Positions 8,786-16,295 of a stretch of DNA of 32,000 nt are shown one piece after another. The stretch is from Candidatus Saccharimonadota bacterium. Its GTDB lineage: Bacteria > Patescibacteriota > Gracilibacteria > BD1-5 > UBA2023. Within the stretch, counting starts at the first letter, position 1. Each line of letters begins with the position of its first letter. Below the pieces are notes generated by a model. The model saw only the letters and a list, made by a program, of their open reading frames with translations. It ran no database searches and was not told where the DNA came from. The stretch spans positions 750,001-782,000 of the forward strand of contig OY970170.1 in assembly GCA_963706795.1 (NCBI GenBank). Direction: 5' to 3'. The position numbers and the translations under genes are program-made.

Positions 8786-9166
8786 CTATTGTACGACTGG
8801 GGAGATATTTTCCGCAGCGTCGAATAGTGTGGCTAGCCTTCTGATATGAGGACTGAGTTTATGATATTCTTTAATTCCACTGACGTACCAAACCAGCTTT
8901 GTAAGCATCCGCTTCATAGGTTCATAAATTGATGTGAACCTTTGGAGACGCACCATCTCTTCACATCCCTTAAGTAAGTACATGATGTCATCTTCATCGA
9001 AGCCTGTGTTGCTCTCGAGTCTGAGATGAATATCGTGAAATATTGCAGCTGTATCGCTCAATTCTGCTGGCAAATTTGCTTCTTGAATACTCGTTACCAG
9101 TGTTGGAAAGTACTTTTTGAATTCCTTGAAGTGACTTTCAGTTACTTGATCAGGAAGCTGATCCAT
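8786..9166 (-). CDS. Hypothetical protein, family 2 of island A (126 aa, predicted helical)
   Basis: GGAGG Shine-Dalgarno 6 nt before the ATG. Paralog of 8187-8648. Confidence 0.7.
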   Translation of the reverse strand: MDQLPDQVTESHFKEFKKYFPTLVTSIQEANLPAELSDTAAIFHDIHLRLESNTGFDEDDIMYLLKGCEEMVRLQRFTSIYEPMKRMLTKLVWYVSGIKEYHKLSPHIRRLATLFDAAENISPVVQ

Positions 9167-9397
9167 ATCACACCTCCGTTCTGTCTATATTTGTTTGTAG
9201 GATTACTGCTTTGTCGTCGGCAATTACATTCATTTAAGAATGGTTGTCAATTTACACTAAGGTTTTGATAGAGATCTGATTATTAAATATTAATTTAATT
9301 TTTGCTTAAAGAATTAAGAAATAATTAATAGTCGAATGTATACTCAAATATGTCGGAGAATGTTTCTTCGATTCAAACACATACACAGGAGTTCATC

Positions 9398-9850
9398 ATG
9401 GCCGTAACACAAGCTTTGTCTCTGAATACCCAAGTAAATGTTGGTGCAATTGTAGCAGGTGCATTTGATGCCGCCATCAAGAAAGCTCTGCTGGATCTTG
9501 CAACTGCCGCAACCAGTCAGGAGCCTGCCCATCTACATCCTATGATTGCGAGCTTGGGTGCAGATGTACAACAAGGCATTCAATCGATTAGTTCCGATGA
9601 TCTGCTGCAGTTCATCGGAAATCAAGCAGGCTGTGTCTATAGTATAGATTTTCTCCCTGCTGTACCACGTCCGCAGGTGCCGCTCCAATTTGAAACAACC
9701 AAAATCAGACTGGATGTCGAAAAGCCTGCAGAGGGTGCTGAATCAATCTTCTCAGCTGAATTGTTTATCGGTGGTGAAGTTACTTGTGACGTCCGTGGAA
9801 GCACTCGCGGTGATATCGATATCCGCTGCGGTGGCACTATTCGCTTCTAA
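9398..9850 (+). CDS. Hypothetical protein, family 1 of island A (150 aa, C-terminal motif DIDIRCGGTIRF)
   Basis: AGGAG 6 nt before ATG 9398; the track's start at 9350 has no SD. Collinear with 7667-8122: HP[LM]I..L...V...[VI]..I....LL.F......C.[FY].I.[YF] at the same offset, with the same C-terminal motif. Confidence 0.7.
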   Translation: MAVTQALSLNTQVNVGAIVAGAFDAAIKKALLDLATAATSQEPAHLHPMIASLGADVQQGIQSISSDDLLQFIGNQAGCVYSIDFLPAVPRPQVPLQFETTKIRLDVEKPAEGAESIFSAELFIGGEVTCDVRGSTRGDIDIRCGGTIRF

Positions 9851-9900
9851 TAAGTATTTAATATCACCTTTTGGTTGGTATTAAAACTTAACTTACTTTA

Positions 9901-9928
9901 CCTCGGACTTTCGTTCGAGGTTTTTTTT
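9901..9928 (+). terminator. Intrinsic terminator after 9398-9850
   Basis: CCTCGGA-CTTTCG-TTCGAGG followed by T8. Confidence 0.6.
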
Positions 9929-9929
9929 G

Positions 9930-9969
9930 AGCGTGAGTTTTTCTTGATATATCTTGAAAAACTCACGCT
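9930..9969. promoter_or_regulatory. 13-bp perfect inverted repeat upstream of sufC (candidate operator of the suf operon)
   Basis: AGCGTGAGTTTTT-N14-AAAAACTCACGCT, 37 nt upstream of the sufC ATG. No T-run follows, so it is unlikely to be a terminator. Confidence 0.35.
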
Positions 9970-10005
9970 TTTCTCTAAAATAGGACTAAATTAGTCATCA
10001 TTTAA

Positions 10006-10737
10006 ATGTTAGAAATAGATTCACTGAGTGTGGAGGTAGGAGGGAAGTCGATTCTTGCGGGTATTTCACATAAATTTGAATCGGGGAAAACCTACTTTTT
10101 AGTTGGAAAAAATGGCTCAGGGAAATCCTCTTTGGCACTTGCGCTCATGGGGCATCCAAAATACAAGGTAACCACTGGATCACTGCATCTTGATGGTGTA
10201 AAACTCGACGCACTCTCGCCCACAGAACGTGCAAAAAAAGGTATCTTTCTCTCGCTCCAAAATGTGCCTGAGATTGCAGGTGTGAAGCTCGGAGAGTATC
10301 TGCGCACGATCTATAACGAGCGTTTAAAACGAGAAAAACCTGATACAAAAGCGATAACACCTTTTATATTTCGAAGGTTTTTAAAACCATTTTTGGAGAA
10401 GCTTCATATTCCTGAATCTTTTCTGGATCGTGATCTCAATGTTGGGTTTTCTGGGGGAGAGAAGAGGCGAATAGAGATGCTTCAGATCGAGCTTTTGGAG
10501 CCAAGGATTGTGATTGTGGATGAGATTGATTCGGGGCTTGATATTGAGGCTTTCCGTGACGTGGTTGAATGCCTCGCGCTTATTAAAAATCAAGATCGCA
10601 CGATCATTGTGATTACCCATAACTATCGAATGGCCGAGCAACTCTCGCCCGATGAGGTAATCCTCATGAAGGATGGACAGATCGAAAAACTTGGAGGCGC
10701 AGAACTGCTCAAGCAATTCGAAACTCAAGGATTTTAA
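10006..10737 (+). CDS. sufC: Fe-S cluster assembly ATPase SufC
   Basis: Walker A GKNGSGKSS, GHPKY, the ABC signature FSGGEKRR, and Walker B IVIVDEIDSGLD. Confidence 0.93.
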   Translation: MLEIDSLSVEVGGKSILAGISHKFESGKTYFLVGKNGSGKSSLALALMGHPKYKVTTGSLHLDGVKLDALSPTERAKKGIFLSLQNVPEIAGVKLGEYLRTIYNERLKREKPDTKAITPFIFRRFLKPFLEKLHIPESFLDRDLNVGFSGGEKRRIEMLQIELLEPRIVIVDEIDSGLDIEAFRDVVECLALIKNQDRTIIVITHNYRMAEQLSPDEVILMKDGQIEKLGGAELLKQFETQGF

Positions 10738-10747
10738 TTAGATATTC

Positions 10748-12175
10748 ATGTCTCAAAACACCACCGAAACTCCGCAGACTCCTCATATTTTTGAGGGGCT
10801 TTCGCGTGAGCTTTTTGATGGGCGTGACGATATTGTTTATTCTGCGCTTGCAAAGCCTGGTATCGACGAAGCAGTTGTTCGACAGATTTCGCTTGCAGGT
10901 AAAGAGCCTCTTTGGATGCTCGAATTGAGACTCAAATCACTCGAAATATTTCAGTCTAAAACCCTTCCGACTTGGGGACCAGACCTCAGTGCTCTCGATT
11001 TGGCGTCAATCTACTATTATGCAAAACCAGAAGGTACGACCGATGCCAAAAGCTGGGACGATGTGCCAGAGAGTATCAAAAATACCTTTGAACGACTGGG
11101 TATTCCAGAGGCCGAGCGAAAGGTACTTGCGGGAGTGGGTGCACAGTATGACAGTGAAGTAGTATATCATTCTCTCAAAGAAGAACTCGTCGCGTTTGGT
11201 GTCATATTTGAGGATATGTCCGTCGCCATCCATAAGCACGAAGCACTTCTCAAAAAACACTTTATGAAGTGTGTGCCGGCAAATGATCATATGTTTGCGG
11301 CTCTCCATGGTGCGGTGTGGAGCGGAGGGACTTTTCTCTATGTCCCAAAGGGTGTAAAAATTACTGAGCCACTTCAGGCGTATTTTCGCATGAATGCCAA
11401 ATCAGGAGGTCAGTTTGAGCACACAATGATCATCCTCGAGGATGATGCAGAAGCACACTATATCGAGTGATGTTCGGCGCCGAAGTACGGAACTTCGAGT
11501 CTGCATGCGGGTTGTGTTGAGATATATGTCGGTAAGAATGCCAAGATGCGATATTCGTCCGTTGAGAACTGGTCGATTGATACGTATAACCTCAATACGA
11601 AGCGTGCAATTGTCCAAGAATGAGGATTTATCGAATGGGTCGGTGGTAATCTTGGATCGGGTGTCACGATGCTCTATCCATGCTCCGTACTCCTCGGTGC
11701 CGAATCCAAGGCTCGACATATTGGTGTAGCCTTCGCAAATGCTGGACAGGTTGCGGATACGGGCGCAAAGGTCATCCATATTGGTGAGCGCACAACATCA
11801 GAAGTCATCTCCAAATCTCTCTCAAAGGGTGGCGGAATCTCGAGCTATCGAGGACTCATCGACATTCGGGCAACTGCAAAAGATGCGGTATCCAAGGTTG
11901 ATTGTGATGGACTCCTGCTCGATGAGATTTCGGTTTCGGATACAATTCCGGATATCAGGGTTAAAACCCCCTTCGCTCTCGTTTCGCAGGAAGCATCGGT
12001 TGGGAAGATTTCAGAAGATACACTCTTTTATCTCGAGAGCCGCGGTATCAGCGAAGAAGCTGCAAAAACCATGATCGTCAACGGATTTCTCGCGCCAATT
12101 GTGAGTGAACTTCCGCTCGAATATGCCGTCGAAATGAATATCCTCATCGGCATGGAAATGGAATGAAGCCACTAA
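10748..12175 (+). CDS. sufB: Fe-S cluster assembly scaffold SufB, 475 aa
   Basis: Two track ORFs in the same frame join through TGA codons. YIE(G)CSAP reproduces the conserved SufB YIEGC.AP motif (TGA 11468-11470). The C-terminal EME(G)SH* resembles the usual ...EGS.. ending. Stop TAA at 12173-12175. Confidence 0.93.
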
Positions 12176-12184
12176 AATTCATCT

Positions 12185-12612
12185 ATGTTTATTACTTTTG
12201 ATCCTAAAACCCTCGCAGACTTCCATACCCGTTTGGTACAGGAAGTTTTTGTGTGATTTATCTCAAAAGGTTGCGAAGGCACTAAAGTCGAAGTCCTCGA
12301 ATCATTCAAAAAAACAGATCTCAGCCAAGAATGATCGAGTGAAATCACGATCTATTTCCGAGAATCAGATCGAAGCAAGCTCGAGTGAGCTCGTATTACA
12401 CACGCGGGTGCAAAATGGATATTTGCTTCTGCCAATGTTACTGGTCGCTGCGGTTGTGGGTCGAGTTTTTCTTTTGAGAAGAAGTTAGTAGACAAGAGCA
12501 AAATTGCATCGCTTCGTGCAGCACTTGGCGGAGTGTCCCAATCTGCAAAAACAAAGATCGAAGCCTATGCTCTGCAATGTGAAAAAAATCCGCTCCCTGT
12601 GGGAACGGATTA
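12185..12612 (+). CDS. sufA: A-type Fe-S carrier (IscA/SufA/HesB family) with a ~45-aa C-terminal extension
   Basis: Missed by the ORF track because of three in-frame TGA codons. The translation MFITFDPKTLADFHTRLV...F(G)FISKGCEGTKVEV...ANVTGRCGCGSSFSF carries the family Cys (GC.G) and the terminal CGCG.SF motif. Stop TAA at 12610-12612. Confidence 0.7.
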
Positions 12613-12792
12613 AAGCGTTGAAGTATAGTGAAAGAAAAAAAGTATGCGTGATACCACGTATTCACAAATCATTGCAAACGCGCAGAGCAGCACTACCACC
12701 ACTATACAGAGCTTGAGTATGACCATCCAGTCAGACTTCGTTAGGCTCATAAATGAGCCGAATTGCAGCCGATTGTACATTCTTCGCCACAT
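12610..12792 (-). CDS. Small (60 aa) single-TM hydrophobic protein encoded antisense within the suf operon
   Basis: GGAGG 4 nt before ATG 12792. Its own TTGACT-16 nt-TATAAG promoter lies at 12850-12823. Contains the TM segment VILKLCIVVVVLLCAFAMICEYVV. True stop TAA. Confidence 0.45.
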   Translation of the reverse strand: MWRRMYNRLQFGSFMSLTKSDWMVILKLCIVVVVLLCAFAMICEYVVSRILFFFHYTSTL

Positions 12793-12822
12793 ATTACCTC
12801 CTTGCTCTACGTAGACACATTC

Positions 12823-12850
12823 CTTATACGTTCTCTATTTACAAAGTCAA
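12823..12850 (-). promoter_or_regulatory. Candidate sigma70-type promoter for the antisense small ORF
   Basis: The minus strand reads TTGACT (12850-12845), a 16-nt spacer, then TATAAG (12828-12823). It abuts the sufD start codon. Confidence 0.4.
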
Positions 12851-13549
12851 ATGATTCAAGAATACAACGCACTTACCAGAGAGGCAGTCACGGACGGTTT
12901 TTGGAATATCGATATACATACTCCAAAACTTCTCGAGGTATCCGGCAAGGTTGAGCTCTTTGAAAATTGCTCAGGTGAATCCGAGAGAATTATTCGAATA
13001 CATGAGGCCTCTGATGTTATCTATCGTGCATTTTCGCTCGACGCTTCTGTTATGAAAACTCGATTTGAGGTGGTAGGCAGTGCAAAACTCAAGATCCGAG
13101 TTGGTTTTTTTGGTGTGCAAGGTGCCCCTATTAAGTCTGTTATTGAGACCGTGATTATGGGATCTGGCGTAACTGCAGATATTGCGATACTTGGCATTGC
13201 CTTCGATGGTGCTGAGCTCGATATTGATGGCAATCTCACAATCGAATCTGGCTGCAAAGAAGTAGTTGGAGCCATTCATGAATCAAATATTTTTTTAGGA
13301 CAGACGGGCGCGATTCGTGGTGTTCCAACCCTCAAAGTTCGTTCTGATGACGTAAAAGCGAGTCACTCTTGCACGATAGAGCGACTATCTGATGAACATA
13401 GATTTTATCTCGAAGGCCGAGGTTTGTCCGAACACGATGCAAAGTTGACGCTTCTTGATGGCAAGATCGCGAGCCTCTATACAGGACTTCCTGACGAACA
13501 AATTGAATCTATACGATCCATATTTCTTGAGAGTTTTGAATATGCGTAA
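12851..13549 (+). CDS. sufD: Fe-S cluster assembly protein SufD (short form, 232 aa)
   Basis: Beta-helix-like repeats and the C-terminal SHSCTIERLSDEHRFYLEGRGLSEHDAKLTLLDG match the SufB/SufD family tail. An upstream in-frame TAG at 12812 rules out a longer N-terminus. Confidence 0.8.
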   Translation: MIQEYNALTREAVTDGFWNIDIHTPKLLEVSGKVELFENCSGESERIIRIHEASDVIYRAFSLDASVMKTRFEVVGSAKLKIRVGFFGVQGAPIKSVIETVIMGSGVTADIAILGIAFDGAELDIDGNLTIESGCKEVVGAIHESNIFLGQTGAIRGVPTLKVRSDDVKASHSCTIERLSDEHRFYLEGRGLSEHDAKLTLLDGKIASLYTGLPDEQIESIRSIFLESFEYA

Positions 13550-14777
13550 TATCCGAGCTGATTTTCCGATCTTTGTAAAAACACCCGATTTGGTGTTTTT
13601 GGATAGCGCTTCTACGACTCAAAAACCGGCGCATGTGATCGACGGAATGGCCGAATATTTGAGCACGAGTTACGCGAATATCCATCGCGGAGCATATGAG
13701 CTTTCGGAGGCTTCTGAAATGCTCTATGAGGCCTCAAAATCAAAGGTTGCTGGGCTCATCGGAGCTGAGAGCGCACATGAGATTGTCTATACTGCAAACT
13801 CTACCGCAGCGGCCAATCTCCTCGCATCCTCAATTGCGCGCAGTGGATGGCTCAAGAAGGGTGACAGAGTGCTCTTGTCTATCGTTGAGCACCATGCTAA
13901 TATCGTGCCGTGGCTCATCCTCAAACAAGATATCGGAATAGAGGTTGAATTTTTTGGAATTCTCCCAGATTTTTCTATCGATTTTGAGGATTTCGAACGC
14001 AAATGCACTGCAAATACCAAGCTCGTTGCTACGACGCTTGCCTCTAATGTCACTGGAGCGATTTTTGATATTGCTCGACTCTCAAAGTTCCTCGATGTTC
14101 AAAAGATCGACGATCTGAGCCTTCCTTTTACTCGCCCACTTTTGGTGATTGACGGATCGCAGGCGGTTCCGACTTTTAAAGTGGATGTTCGGGCACTGGG
14201 GATCGATTTTATGTTTTTTACGGGGCATAAAATGATGGCGGATTCGGGAATTGGTGTGCTCTATGGCCGAAAAATACTCCTTAAAAATCTCGTTCCATCC
14301 ATCTGAGGTGGGGGTGCGATCAATTTTGTAAATACAGAAAACTTTGAACCTGCGGGGCTTCCATTCCGTTTTGAACCAGGTACTCCGAATATGACGTGAG
14401 CCGTGAGTATGCTTCGTGCTATCGAATATTTTGAGAGTATTGATGGATATGAGGCTATTGTCGAGATCGAGACTCCGCTCATTCAATATGTGCTAGAGAG
14501 ATTTGCGAAACTTGCTCCAAAAGTGCAACTTATAGGTCCAAATATCACTCAAAATAGAGTGCCGGTTTTTGCATTTACGGTCTCGGGAATGCATGCGAAT
14601 GACATTGCTGATATGCTCGCCGAATCGAACATCTGCGTTCGTGCTGGACATCACTGTACTGAGCCACTTCATGCACAACTCGAGATACATTCTTCAGTAC
14701 GAATGAGTATGTTTGTCTATACGACTCGAGCTGATGTTGATGCATTCTTTGAAGCTCTCGAATCCATCATCGCCTAA
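13542..14777 (+). CDS. sufS: Cysteine desulfurase SufS (class V aminotransferase), 411 aa
   Basis: FLDSASTTQKP, HHANIVPW, FFTGHKM (PLP lysine), GTPNMT(G)A, and RAGHHCTEPL (active-site Cys loop). Two TGA codons (14304, 14397) fall at Gly positions. Overlaps sufD by 8 nt. Confidence 0.93.
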
Positions 14778-14778
14778 T

Positions 14779-15186
14779 ATGTCGCTCTATTCTGACACGA
14801 TTCTCGAATATGCTAAAAATCCTCCAAATAAGGGGATGATCGATGCTCCGACTTTTTCGCATCATGAGATGAATCGAAGCTGTGGAGACAGCCTCACTGT
14901 CCACGTGCGTCTCGACGGCGACAGAGTTGCGGATTTTGGGTTTGAAGGCGATACCGCGATCGTCACAACCGCCTGTGCTGCGATTTTTGGAGAAGCCATC
15001 ATTGGGATTCCTTTTTGAGAAATTCTCACAATGACCTATGCCGATATACGCGAAATGGTTGGTACGGATATCTCTCCGAGGCGACAGATGGCAGCATGCC
15101 TAGGGCTCCTTGCATGTCGCAATGGTCTCCATGAATATTTGGGCGATGGCGTCAAAGACGACTTCAGCGATATGCTGCCAGCCTAG
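14779..15186 (+). CDS. sufU: SufU/IscU-like Fe-S scaffold / sulfur acceptor, 135 aa
   Basis: LYSDTILEYAKNPPNKG, NRSCGDSLTVHV, TTACAA and AACLGLL are the SufU-type Cys motifs. There is one internal TGA (15016-15018). Stop TAG at 15184-15186. Confidence 0.85.
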
Positions 15187-15199
15187 TATTTACAGCACT

Positions 15200-15234
15200 A
15201 AAAATCCCATCCTGTTCACGGGATGGGATTTTTA
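15200..15234. terminator. Bidirectional terminator between the suf operon and the convergent membrane-protein gene
   Basis: AAAAATCCCATCC-loop-GGATGGGATTTTT. Confidence 0.7.
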
Positions 15235-15274
15235 GTCGGGGATGAACGTAAAGGAGGAAAGTTCATCCACCGAC
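15235..15274. other. Extra 13-bp nested hairpin with AAGGAGGAAA in the loop; function unknown
   Basis: GTCGG-GGATGAAC-[GTAAAGGAGGAAA]-GTTCATCC-A-CCGAC, lying between convergent gene ends. Confidence 0.3.
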
Positions 15275-15338
15275 GCCGGTTACTATAGGCAGGGGAGTGG
15301 TTTTGTAAACTTTTGTTCCCGAGTTTTTTAATATTCTA

Positions 15339-16295
15339 TTAATGATGTTCTGCAGAATGATCATGATTTTCATGATCTGTATGTTCTAAAGCATGATGAC
15401 TTCCCTGACCATCCGCCCGTGATTTATTATCTATATAGGCTCGATACCACAGAGTTTCGACAAAGATTTCGAGCACGCTATTGAGGTGCGAAACAAAGAG
15501 AATAAAGCCGACGAGCAATCCCATCAAAATGACCACAAAGAGGATTTTGATCGATGCAATCGTGATATAGGTAAAGACTGCCGAGAGCAAAAATGGGAAG
15601 AGTATAAACGCGAGAACTGTTAAGATTGTTCGAACATATACCAGAATAAGCGTCAGATAGAGCTTTGCAGTAATACTGAGATTATCAAGTGCCATTTCTG
15701 CTGAAGCCACTACCGCATCAAATGCAGATTTTCCCTCCAGCACGATAAAAAACCGAGTATAGGCGAGCACGATATTTATGACCATGGCAATCATAAAATA
15801 TATGCTCATTCCTAAGAGGATATAGCTCAGATAGGTCGTACCTAAGAGGCGTACCAAAAACAGCGTAAAGGTGATAATCGACAGCAGCTTAAAAAGCGCC
15901 GTGATATTATTTGCCTCAAATACAGGGAGGAAATGCTTGAGTCCTCGCCCGAGGCCGTAGCTGGTGAGTCTTTCGGTTGATCTCGTGCGGTCAACACGGT
16001 CAATGAGTGCAATGAGCCCTCCTTCTGCCAAAGGGGTCACGAGCACAAACATGAGGAAGAACGCTACTGCAGAAATAATAATTTCTGAAAAGTATCCGTT
16101 GTGGACAAAGTTCACAACCAGACTAAAGAACTGATCTTTGAGGCCGAATATATTAATGTAGGTCCACGCTACCTGATAGAGGAGAATGAGCGACAGGTAT
16201 ATGGTCGAGAGGAGAGATGGGAAGAAATTGAATATCTTGATCGCTGTATTTGAACTCGCGACTTCCCATGCCGGAATGACTAAATCGTCTTTCAT
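15339..16295 (-). CDS. Polytopic membrane protein with a His-rich C-terminal tail (HHALEHTDHENHDHSAEHH)
   Basis: 318-aa ORF with about 7-8 hydrophobic segments and stop TAA. No family recognised. Confidence 0.75.
   Translation of the reverse strand: MKDDLVIPAWEVASSNTAIKIFNFFPSLLSTIYLSLILLYQVAWTYINIFGLKDQFFSLVVNFVHNGYFSEIIISAVAFFLMFVLVTPLAEGGLIALIDRVDRTRSTERLTSYGLGRGLKHFLPVFEANNITALFKLLSIITFTLFLVRLLGTTYLSYILLGMSIYFMIAMVINIVLAYTRFFIVLEGKSAFDAVVASAEMALDNLSITAKLYLTLILVYVRTILTVLAFILFPFLLSAVFTYITIASIKILFVVILMGLLVGFILFVSHLNSVLEIFVETLWYRAYIDNKSRADGQGSHHALEHTDHENHDHSAEHH

Noticed and set aside
12198-12488. A 96-aa track ORF (MILKPSQTSIP...) between sufB and sufD.
   Set aside because: It is in the wrong frame. 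The adjacent frame, read with TGA=Gly, gives a clear IscA/SufA-family protein covering the same DNA.
15235-15310. A possible riboswitch, such as the fluoride/crcB class.
   Set aside because: It lies between two convergent gene ends with no downstream gene to regulate, and the sequence does not match riboswitch cores I can recall.
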